Source of the DNA: Kiritimatiellia bacterium
Lineage (GTDB): Bacteria > Verrucomicrobiota > Kiritimatiellia > RFP12 > UBA1067
Assembly: GCA_045545855.1 (NCBI GenBank)
Contig: JAZQBR010000203.1
Location: 1,264 to 65,263, forward strand
Length of the DNA: 64,000 bases
Direction of reading: 5' to 3'
This document shows, one piece after another, positions 27,769 through 35,722 of this stretch (position 1 is the first letter of the stretch; each line of letters begins with the position of its first letter). The notes under the pieces are model-generated. The model saw only the letters and a program-made list of their open reading frames with translations. It had not been told where the DNA came from and ran no database searches. The position numbers and the translations under genes are program-made.

Positions 27769-28980
27769 TTACAATACCCTCCTAATATTGCTATAATCGC
27801 AGGAATCAACTCCGATTTCACACAAAACAGTCGAATCCACGCCCCACAATTTACGTGCCTCTCTTTGGTTTTCCCCAGTGGCGACAATCAAGCGATTTGT
27901 TTCGGCGGCACGTCTTGCTGCCATTCGAGGACGCAGAAGGAAATGAGAATGACACCAGTTTATTATATTCCTTGCAGCAAATTCAAGCACACCAAACATA
28001 CCCATAAGGGGCAAGAGCCGCCAAGCAGTATAGCCCAGTCCACCGATAGGCCCCCAGGCAAAAGGGACTTTAAGTTTCCAAAGATAACCCGGCTCGCGAA
28101 AGCCCACCATATTCAACTGATGCACAAGATCGAATCCAACAATTTTGTGCAAATCACACGCTTTCTTATATGCACGCCATTGCCAGACGCGATAGAACCA
28201 ATAGTAGCTTGGGGGCCATATCTTGCGAAGCAACCGCGCTCTTGGCTTGCGAATGAATGTCCAGTGGACGTTCTGCATTTCGTCGGGATGATCGGCAAGA
28301 TATTTTTCAATATCCGGACGCCACTTCTCTTCTTCGACAATTGCCCACACTTCGTTCTCCTTGGCAATCATCTTTAGGAAATGCCACCCCATGCCCGGCT
28401 CCGACCCCCTGTATGGGGAACAGGCGTAAACTGAAACCAAAACTTTTTTGCCGCCACCGCCATAAATATCTTTCAAGACTTTTGCTTTTTCCGTCCAAAG
28501 ATACCGCTTGGCCTTTTCAATTGCGCCCCTTGACAATTTTTCACGCAATTCCCGATTCTTCAACCTGCAAATTGCCTTTCCGAACCCGGCAATCACTTCT
28601 CTGGGGAGCCCAATCGGGATTTTTATTCCGCAAGTATCATCAACTACATCTGAAAAGCCGCAGTGGTCGAGGCAGATGACAGGCTTACCCGCAGACAACG
28701 CTTCGATCAGAACCGTAGAGGTCAAATCCCTTAGACTTGTAATTACAAAGACATCTGAGTCCGCGACTACTTTCTGCGCTTCGGCCTTCGGCAGCCAACC
28801 ATGCCACGTGATTTTGTCGTTGACGCCAAGCCGCGACGCCAAACGCTGATAATACTTGCGCAACTTGCCGTCACCCAGCACATCAACCCGTATAGAACTG
28901 TTTTCGATACCGGCAACGGCATTCTCAAGAACAGACAAAGCCTTGCCGCGCGTATATTGTCCTGACCAAGCAATCTTCAT
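27769..28980 (-). CDS. GT4-like protein with inverted domain order (C-terminal Rossmann domain first, N-terminal domain second); possibly a rearranged gene
   Basis: The first ~160 aa carry C-domain motifs (VDVLGDG...DVFVITSLRDLTSTVLIEALSAGKPVICLDHCG). After GGGGKK comes an N-domain (KVLVSVYACSPYRGSEPGMGWHF...FDLVHQLN...IVATGENQREARKLWGVDS). Confidence 0.45.
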   Translation of the reverse strand: MKIAWSGQYTRGKALSVLENAVAGIENSSIRVDVLGDGKLRKYYQRLASRLGVNDKITWHGWLPKAEAQKVVADSDVFVITSLRDLTSTVLIEALSAGKPVICLDHCGFSDVVDDTCGIKIPIGLPREVIAGFGKAICRLKNRELREKLSRGAIEKAKRYLWTEKAKVLKDIYGGGGKKVLVSVYACSPYRGSEPGMGWHFLKMIAKENEVWAIVEEEKWRPDIEKYLADHPDEMQNVHWTFIRKPRARLLRKIWPPSYYWFYRVWQWRAYKKACDLHKIVGFDLVHQLNMVGFREPGYLWKLKVPFAWGPIGGLGYTAWRLLPLMGMFGVLEFAARNIINWCHSHFLLRPRMAARRAAETNRLIVATGENQREARKLWGVDSTVLCEIGVDSCDYSNIRRVL

Positions 28981-28983
28981 TTT

Positions 28984-29228
28984 ATTTAACCATGTAGAGC
29001 GTGTAAAGTTATGCCGTAATTGTGCGACGCTTTAATTTGCACGAACCAAAGTTTACGAGAAGACCTGCAGCGTTATGAAGAGTCGATTCATAAGCCTTTT
29101 CAAATAAGTCATTCTCAAAATATTCGTATACATCATACGCCACTTGCCCTACTCCCGAAGCGAGTTCTCTCAATTCATCTACTTCATCCATGCACCACCT
29201 CCACTCTACACGATCTACACGGCTATAC
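28984..29228. mobile_element. Degenerate second copy of the CGTGTAGAA-TIR cassette with a decayed GxxExxY gene
   Basis: Termini tttatttaaccATGTAGAGCGTGTAaag (28984..29008) and cacctccactCTACACGATCTACACGGctatac (29195..29226). The internal sequence is homologous to 24165..24330 but carries a deletion. Confidence 0.5.
29009..29191 (-). pseudogene. GxxExxY gene remnant (internal deletion)
   Basis: MDEVDELRELASGVGQVAYDVYEYFENDLFEKAYESTLHN...AGLLVNFGSCKLKRRTITA parallels the intact copy (…VGLLVNFGSYKFERRTITA) but lacks ~35 central residues. The listed ORF 29009..29305 reads through the flank. Confidence 0.5.
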
Positions 29229-30569
29229 ATACCTTTCCTCCATTCGTCCCATAATGAATGCAAGCGCAGCATCGACGCTTCCTTGCAGCAACATTGTCGT
29301 GTCAATCCATACTGCTCGCCTATTGCCGTCGCAAAACTTCTTCAAGTCCGTTACTTGCCGCCGCACTTCTTCCAACGACGTTTCCGGCTTGCGCGCATAT
29401 ATCTTTTCCGGGTCGCCGCCAAGGCATAAAATCAAGTCCGGCTTTGGTATGAACCACGAAAAGAAGCGCGCCATGCCAGTCGGCAGCTTGACGGCGCACC
29501 GTCTGGGATCGATCATATACTCGTAATAGTAGCGGTCGCAAATGACTATAGTAGGACGCTTCACAAGCCACGGGAATATTTTGACATAATAGCCAAGCGT
29601 ATAGTCGATGTAGTAATAGAAGAATCTAAACACCGACGCAATCCAGCCCGACGTCTTGCCTCCATGCGGATTGGTGACCGGTCCGATCATCGCGGGTTTC
29701 CCCGCCAACCGCGCCAGACTCGGCAAAAGCCCTGGGCGCAGATGGCGATATTCGACAGGATGGTGCATCATCTGATACAGCACGGGCGTCACTTTCTCGA
29801 TAAGCGTCGATTTGCCGCTGCCATCCGTCCCCAGAAACGCAACACAATATCCGGGATATTTGAGAAGCCGTCTATAGCGTTGCTTGATGTTGTTCAATTT
29901 TATTCTTGCAAGCGACAGCCAATGGAATCCGGCAATCTGCCGTATCCAAAGCGCACGGACAAGTCGTTTTGAATCGCGGAAGATCTCCTTGTCCGAACAT
30001 TCCCCTGAAAGCAGCTTCTCCACAAGCGCCCATCCCTTTGCGCCGTAGCACCCAATCATAGCCGCCTTCACGCCATTGGGATTCGCCGCATAAGCCGCCC
30101 TCGCCCGTGGATAATAATCTTTCTTGGTCCGACGGTTCGGCATAATCTCCTTGATGAAACTCGCCACATCGGAAAGCCCGCCAAGTCTGTAAAACGAATC
30201 TTTCTCCAACACCCGCTCCGAAAATGCTCTGGCGGAATCCATATACGGAATGCCAAAATACATAAAGCCGGGGAAGAGGTCGATGTGAAGCCCCCACCAC
30301 GTTCCGTCCGCATGCCGCCCGCCGAGGCAGGTAATCGTCGCCTCCACCGTGTACTTTACGGTAAATCCGCCATTGTATTTTTTCGCTATTTCATCTGCAG
30401 TGGCGAGAACCTTCCCGACCTCGCACGGCCCGTCGGCGAACAGATCGAGATCGCTGCCGCCAAGCGATTCCGGCAGCGTTTCGTTGTTGCGCATCACGGC
30501 GTACCGGACGCCGCGCTCCTTCAGCACCGCAAAGAAATCAAGCAAAAATAGGGTTTCTGGTGTTTTCAT
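29223..30569 (-). CDS. Two-domain protein with a C-terminal P-loop NTP-binding domain (nucleotide/sugar kinase-like), function unknown
   Basis: Walker A FLGTDGSGKSTL at aa ~245. The N-terminal ~200 aa contain GGSDLDLFADG (a possible nucleotidyltransferase-like GS...D.D motif). 448 aa, in the GT operon. Confidence 0.45.
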   Translation of the reverse strand: MKTPETLFLLDFFAVLKERGVRYAVMRNNETLPESLGGSDLDLFADGPCEVGKVLATADEIAKKYNGGFTVKYTVEATITCLGGRHADGTWWGLHIDLFPGFMYFGIPYMDSARAFSERVLEKDSFYRLGGLSDVASFIKEIMPNRRTKKDYYPRARAAYAANPNGVKAAMIGCYGAKGWALVEKLLSGECSDKEIFRDSKRLVRALWIRQIAGFHWLSLARIKLNNIKQRYRRLLKYPGYCVAFLGTDGSGKSTLIEKVTPVLYQMMHHPVEYRHLRPGLLPSLARLAGKPAMIGPVTNPHGGKTSGWIASVFRFFYYYIDYTLGYYVKIFPWLVKRPTIVICDRYYYEYMIDPRRCAVKLPTGMARFFSWFIPKPDLILCLGGDPEKIYARKPETSLEEVRRQVTDLKKFCDGNRRAVWIDTTMLLQGSVDAALAFIMGRMEERYV

Positions 30570-31657
30570 CTACTCTCCTTGACCAATCTCTCAACCGACA
30601 ACCTCAGGTCATATTTGAGCAACGATTCGTTGCTACGGGCAGGCAGACGGTCAATGGCCGCCTTGAAGTCAACCATATCGTTACAAGCAAAAACAGTACC
30701 GCTTATGCCATCCTCTATCATAACCGCCGCGCCCAAATGGCTGGCGACCACACACGGAGTTCCCCACTGCAAAGCCTCTGCGACAACTGCTCCGAATGTT
30801 TCTGAATGACTGCACAATACAAGACCGTCCGCCATTGCCATCATCGCGTAGAGGGAATCACCCTCCTTCCTGCCAGCGAACACCACCCGATCATCAAGTT
30901 TCAACGCGGCTACCATCGCTTTTAATTCCGTATCCAATACTCCGTCGCCAACTAAAACAAGTCCCGTTGTTTTAGGTTGCTCTCGCATCTGCTCTATTAG
31001 CCAAGGCAGATTCTTGACTTTCGCAAAGCGCCCTACGAACACAAGTACACGGTTCCATACCTTGGGGCAGTTCGCTTCTCGCCATGCACGCCCCGCCGCA
31101 TAGATTTTGTCTGCGTTCTTTCGCATTGTCGCCGTATCATGGATTATGGGCACGACAGAGTAGTTGTTGGTGGTTAGTCGATAGTCGTCGGTTGATAGAG
31201 AGCGATAAGCGTCAGCGGCGGCTTGACTGGGAACGATTATCTTTTCGACATTTCGCAGAACCCAATCGCGCATGATACGTCGCAATCCTCTCCGTGACCT
31301 AATCTGTTCGGCGCTGTCATCCATGCTCGTCCATATTTTGGCGCTAACGAGCCCAAGCTTCTTCAACAGAACCAGTTCAAGCGTGAGCGGGCTTGCTTCG
31401 TAGGCAAGAATGATGTCTGGACATTCACGACGGACAATCCCAAGGATGCCAGTGCGGATGCATCGTCCGCGTATGCAAACGCCGTTTGTCAAATGCTCAT
31501 ACGGCACTCTAAGCCTTTCCAGCAATGCTTTCTGGTCGAACTTCTGAGTCTGCAAATTCTCCTGAAGGAATACCATTTTCAATTCCGCCAGCTCACCGAG
31601 CAGATTGAAGAAATCAACCCGGTATGGCGCAAGAGCAGGATGGAAGCAGATAATCTT
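30566..31657 (-). CDS. Glycosyltransferase, GT4 family
   Basis: Starts at MKIICFHPALAPYRVDFF (ATG at 31657, overlapping the upstream stop). C-terminal ETFGAVVAEALQWGTPCVVASHLGAAVMIEDGISG. Confidence 0.65.
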   Translation of the reverse strand, partial: KIICFHPALAPYRVDFFNLLGELAELKMVFLQENLQTQKFDQKALLERLRVPYEHLTNGVCIRGRCIRTGILGIVRRECPDIILAYEASPLTLELVLLKKLGLVSAKIWTSMDDSAEQIRSRRGLRRIMRDWVLRNVEKIIVPSQAAADAYRSLSTDDYRLTTNNYSVVPIIHDTATMRKNADKIYAAGRAWREANCPKVWNRVLVFVGRFAKVKNLPWLIEQMREQPKTTGLVLVGDGVLDTELKAMVAALKLDDRVVFAGRKEGDSLYAMMAMADGLVLCSHSETFGAVVAEALQWGTPCVVASHLGAAVMIEDGISGTVFACNDMVDFKAAIDRLPARSNESLLKYDLRLSVERLVKESR

Positions 31658-32859
31658 CATTGACCGCGAACTACTCCTTCCATCCATTGATACATTCCGC
31701 CGACAAGAACATCCCACTGCTTGCGGGCAAGGAACCACTTCTTTATCGTCCCGAACTTCGCTCGTTTACGCTCTTCGTCCCAAGCAAGCACTTCACGGAT
31801 CTTGGCGACATAATCTTCCGCCGTGTCGCCTTCCGCAAACTCCACGACCTCGGCATAGTCAGGCGACAAGCTTTCAAGTCGCGTACTGACGACCGGGCGA
31901 CCGAAACTAAGGTAGTGCGGCAGCTTGCTTGGGTAGTTTAATATGTTGTCGGGATGATGGGGATCGCGTACATTCAGCAATACATCCGCGTTACGGCATA
32001 TGCGGTTCATCTCTTCCTCTTCCACGAAGCCTGGCAACTCAACGTATGGGTTGTCGCCAAACAACTTCGCAAGGATACGGCAACTGGACTTGCCGCAGAA
32101 TATGAACTTTATGTCGGGCGCAGCCATTTTGCGGACAACCTCAACCATGAAATCAAGTCCGCGCCACTGATCGAGCGCTCCTGTATGGACAAGTGTCTTA
32201 GTCGTTAGCCGCTGGTCGTTAGCCGTTAGCTTGTGGTCATCAACACCACTATCGACTAACGACTGACGACTATCGACTTCTTCTCCTCCACACCAACCAT
32301 CCGCCCCGCCGTCCATATGGTATTTTGGCACATCAACAGGGCAATGCGTATGCACCCACCACGAAAGCGAGACGATGCCGCTTGAATATTGCCCAGCCCG
32401 TTTCACCCAACCCCAGTCATCCTTGCGCGGATCGTCGCCATCAAGAATTATGGGGAAACACGGAACACCCATGCCGCGCAGGATTTTCATTGTGCGCACA
32501 AGGTAGGGCAAATGGCAATTGTAAAATATGGCCACATCGATTTTCTTCTGGCGAGCGATTTTCCTTGCCTCGACCGGGTATCGCCATACATACCACCAGT
32601 CGCGGAAATATTTGATTACAGGATATGAAAGTGCCACGCAATCCCACCCGTCAGGGTAGAGACGCTTATCGTATCCACGCCACAACACCTTGCCCTTCGG
32701 CCATGACACTTCGTATGTGTGGGTGAGTGCCGTCACATTGGATATCTTCGAGAGTGCAGTCAGGAACCCTCGCGCCCATTTCGCCGCCGCAAGCGAGACC
32801 GGGCGGTTCATCTGCGCCCATTCGCTGTCGTTCGGGCCTATGTAGAGTATGTTCAGCAT
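31657..32859 (-). CDS. Glycosyltransferase, GT4 family, with in-frame palindromic insertion
   Basis: MLNILYIGPNDSEW... and a GT4 C-domain (VLLNVRDPHHPDNILNYPSKLPHYLSFGRPVV). The segment VDSRQSLVDSGVDDHKLTANDQRLT is encoded by the GTCGTTAG-unit element at 32198..32278. Confidence 0.65.
   Translation of the reverse strand: MLNILYIGPNDSEWAQMNRPVSLAAAKWARGFLTALSKISNVTALTHTYEVSWPKGKVLWRGYDKRLYPDGWDCVALSYPVIKYFRDWWYVWRYPVEARKIARQKKIDVAIFYNCHLPYLVRTMKILRGMGVPCFPIILDGDDPRKDDWGWVKRAGQYSSGIVSLSWWVHTHCPVDVPKYHMDGGADGWCGGEEVDSRQSLVDSGVDDHKLTANDQRLTTKTLVHTGALDQWRGLDFMVEVVRKMAAPDIKFIFCGKSSCRILAKLFGDNPYVELPGFVEEEEMNRICRNADVLLNVRDPHHPDNILNYPSKLPHYLSFGRPVVSTRLESLSPDYAEVVEFAEGDTAEDYVAKIREVLAWDEERKRAKFGTIKKWFLARKQWDVLVGGMYQWMEGVVRGQ
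32198..32278. repeat. Palindromic element of GTCGTTAGCC units (tagtcgttagccgctggtcgttagccgttagc ... cgactaacgactgacgactatcgac) inside CDS
   Basis: Tandem units and their complements. A partial copy of the unit (accaacgactaacgacc) also occurs intergenically at about 49078..49100. Confidence 0.5.
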
Positions 32860-32860
32860 A

Positions 32861-33907
32861 TTACGCCCTTCCCCCTGTCAACAAATTGAATATCCTCGGC
32901 GAACAACGCTTTGAAAGGAGGCCGACAAGGAGCGCCCCCCCCATCCCAGACAAGATTTTAAGGAGATACATCGTCAACGTTTGCAGATGAAACGCCAGCC
33001 CAACCCGTAACGCCACGGAAATCATCAATGTGTGGATTGCATAGATAAAGAACGTTAATCCGACAAATCTCCTGCTCAATGGCGATACACGATCAACCAT
33101 TTGCAGATTGGCAAACACTGCACACACGCCAGAGAAGACAAGCACTTTGTCTGCAATGTCAAACGCCATTTTGTTGCGATACACGCCGAACAAGACCTTG
33201 CAAACAATACTTGTGCAGAATATGGCAAGCACAAGATGTCTTCTATCGACAAGTGTTTTTCGCAATTCTAAGAAACTGTCGGCATCGCGCATTCTGAATC
33301 CAACCCATGATCCAACTGCGAGCCACAAGAAATTACCTGCGGCAAGCGGCAACGGCAGATAGTACCAGAACGTGCCTATCCACCCGGCAAGGAAGACGCA
33401 AATCAATACCACCCCATGCAATTTGTTCCGCAATAACGGAAGAATCAGGGGCGCAGCAAGCACATATATGAAAACTGTCTGCAAATACCAGAACTGCATG
33501 CAGCCAAGGCGGACATATGGGTCATAACCAAAAATCTTCGCCATAATTGACAAACCTTCATGCAATTCCCCAGACAGAAGCGCAAGCGCAAGATAAATGG
33601 CGTTCCATAGAACGAATGGAACATACAGCGTGATGAGTCGCTTCCTTATTTCATTGGTAAACCATGTGAACCATCCATTGCCCGGATATCCCTTGACAAG
33701 GAAGAACCCCGTGATCGTGAAGAAGATCGGTACGGCTATTCGTGGAACCGTGTATGTCCCCAGAAAATAGAACGCCGCCTCCAATTTGCCGACAGGCATC
33801 TCCCCAGCGAACCACGGCGCCATAGACTGGCAATGGATCGCGACAACAAGCAATGCGCACAGGAAAGCCACCGTGCGCAGACGCTCGCTTGTCTTGGCGG
33901 ATATCAT
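32861..33907 (-). CDS. Acyltransferase family 3 membrane protein
   Basis: N-terminal RTVAFLCALLVVAIHCQSM, with about 10 TM helices. A homopolymeric G-run encodes MGG near the C-terminus. Confidence 0.7.
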   Translation of the reverse strand: MISAKTSERLRTVAFLCALLVVAIHCQSMAPWFAGEMPVGKLEAAFYFLGTYTVPRIAVPIFFTITGFFLVKGYPGNGWFTWFTNEIRKRLITLYVPFVLWNAIYLALALLSGELHEGLSIMAKIFGYDPYVRLGCMQFWYLQTVFIYVLAAPLILPLLRNKLHGVVLICVFLAGWIGTFWYYLPLPLAAGNFLWLAVGSWVGFRMRDADSFLELRKTLVDRRHLVLAIFCTSIVCKVLFGVYRNKMAFDIADKVLVFSGVCAVFANLQMVDRVSPLSRRFVGLTFFIYAIHTLMISVALRVGLAFHLQTLTMYLLKILSGMGGALLVGLLSKRCSPRIFNLLTGGRA

Positions 33908-35196
33908 TTGCCTCGCTCCTGTTTGACAACGTTTTCAAGCGCGGCAATGTAACGCTTCACGACAGCGGTCATCATGAATCGTTCTTTCACGTTCCTTACG
34001 GCATTGCCAGACATCTTTGCCCTCGCCGAATAATCAAGCATCAAGTTCTCGATGCATTCCGCCAACTTCTCTGGTCTTGTTACGTTGCATACGACACCGC
34101 CCGCAACGGATGATTCCGATCTTTCCTTTTCATTTAGCCGTGTAGAACAGGGAGAACATGAAGGATTTTCTACACGCTCTACATTTTCTACATGGTTAAA
34201 TCCATCGATTCCCAACACCCACGGCACCGCGCCACTCTTCTCGCCGCCGACGCACGGGACTCCATGCGCCATCGCCTCTATGAAAACCATGCCAAAACTC
34301 TCTTCCAAGGACGGACTGCAAAATACATCCGCCTCTTTCTGCAACGCTCGCCGTATCATCTCCGAAGAGCCATAACCTCGCAACTCTATGCACCCGGAAT
34401 CGATGAGACGACCCATGCCATTCTGCCGCATCCAAGGATCGGCACCGCGTTGATCCATATAATGTCCATACACCACCAGCCGCCATTCCGGGTGTCTCGC
34501 ATGGAGCAGCGCAAATGCCTTGAAAAGCGTCTTAGAGTTCTTGAGGCGACCCCACTGCGTGACACACAATATCGTCCGCGCTTCGAGGCGGATTTCAATC
34601 CTGCCGGCCTGGGCGGTTTCTTCCTTAATGGCATTTGGAATAATCTCCACCGGCTTGCGATAGAAGTTGAAGTTTCGCAGATCTTCCGCCATGTGCGGAG
34701 AAACGGTAGCCATGTGCTTGACATGTGGAAAAACAAAGAACTGTGAATATATCGCCTTGAAAAGCGATGCGGCATTGCGCATTGTCCATACGACCCGCCA
34801 AGGAGAGTCATGCGCCACAACAAGCGTTGGAACGCCACTTTTCAGAGCAGCACGTGCATACTGATATGTCCAGTTCGCCAGTATGACATCCGGCTTTGCC
34901 TTATGTATTTCGTCAACCATACATGACACTTCTTTTGAATAGAACGTCATGTATTGATAGCGGCAACGTCTTTCGGGAACAATCCTGATCTCCAGACGGC
35001 CAGCCGTATAGGTGGTTGCCGCGGAATGGTTCATGTCTGTGACGACTACAGAAACCTCATGCCCGGAATCAACCAATGCAGCGACCAGATCGCTTCCGTA
35101 GTTGAAATCCCATCTGACGGACGGCAATTGCCTGTCGAACTTGAATCGTTCTGCAAGACAAGACAGCGTGACACGCCCTAAAAACGCTATCTTCAT
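33904..35196 (-). CDS. Glycosyltransferase, GT4 family, with an in-frame miniature CGTGTAGAA-TIR element
   Basis: Starts at MKIAFLGRVTLSCL (ATG at 35196). C-domain ...ADVFCSPSLEESFGMVFIEAMAHGVPCVGGE... The segment GFNHVENVERVENPSCSPCSTRLNEKERSE is encoded by the element at 34133..34202. Confidence 0.65.
   Translation of the reverse strand: MKIAFLGRVTLSCLAERFKFDRQLPSVRWDFNYGSDLVAALVDSGHEVSVVVTDMNHSAATTYTAGRLEIRIVPERRCRYQYMTFYSKEVSCMVDEIHKAKPDVILANWTYQYARAALKSGVPTLVVAHDSPWRVVWTMRNAASLFKAIYSQFFVFPHVKHMATVSPHMAEDLRNFNFYRKPVEIIPNAIKEETAQAGRIEIRLEARTILCVTQWGRLKNSKTLFKAFALLHARHPEWRLVVYGHYMDQRGADPWMRQNGMGRLIDSGCIELRGYGSSEMIRRALQKEADVFCSPSLEESFGMVFIEAMAHGVPCVGGEKSGAVPWVLGIDGFNHVENVERVENPSCSPCSTRLNEKERSESSVAGGVVCNVTRPEKLAECIENLMLDYSARAKMSGNAVRNVKERFMMTAVVKRYIAALENVVKQERGK
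34133..34202. mobile_element. Miniature (~70 bp) cargo-less copy of the CGTGTAGAA-TIR element (MITE-like) inside a CDS
   Basis: tttagCCGTGTAGAACagggagaacatgaaggattTTCTACACGCTCTACATTTTCTACATGGTTAAAtcc. Both termini match those of the 24131 and 28984 cassettes, with only ~20 bp between arms. Confidence 0.55.
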
Positions 35197-35606
35197 CTCT
35201 TGCCTCCAAGCAATGCAGGACAAAATCTCAATATTGCGACAGAAGCAACCCAGCTGACGCATATAGTCGCAAACATAATGCCGCAAAGCAGAATCGCAAG
35301 ACTTCCGCCAGTCAGGATGCATCCAGATGGCAATAAGCGGACGGACGCGACGATGATGAATTTATGCAATAGCATTATTCCGAGCGAACATTCCCCTATG
35401 CGCTTCCAAAGTGGATTCGAGAGGCATCCCGCGATGCCGGCAGACAGCGCAGCGCCGACAAGTCCGGACATCCATGCGATGTAACTGAACATAATCCTGT
35501 TAGACCAACCATTATCGTGCAACCAGTTAACCGACATGGCCACAGCCACAATGACAGGCACCCCAAGCATGCTCCACATCCCCCGGCAAACGACTTGCAT
35601 CATATC
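35193..35606 (-). CDS. Possible small polytopic membrane protein downstream of wzy (start uncertain; may be an acyltransferase C-terminal remnant)
   Basis: The listed ORF 35193..35912 overlaps the wzy-like gene by ~190 bp. Its distal 135 aa (MMQVVCRGMWSMLGVPVIVAVAM...IMLLHKFIIV...) are strongly hydrophobic. Confidence 0.25.
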   Translation of the reverse strand, partial: DMMQVVCRGMWSMLGVPVIVAVAMSVNWLHDNGWSNRIMFSYIAWMSGLVGAALSAGIAGCLSNPLWKRIGECSLGIMLLHKFIIVASVRLLPSGCILTGGSLAILLCGIMFATICVSWVASVAILRFCPALLGGKR

Positions 35607-35722
35607 CTTCTCGTCAGACGCGATTGCGGTAATTCGTCCAACGAAGTAGAAGGACAGCCACCTCGGCAGCACCACAAGCGTGATGAGCAATCCTTTATAT
35701 GCGTCTATCGAAGCATTCTTCT

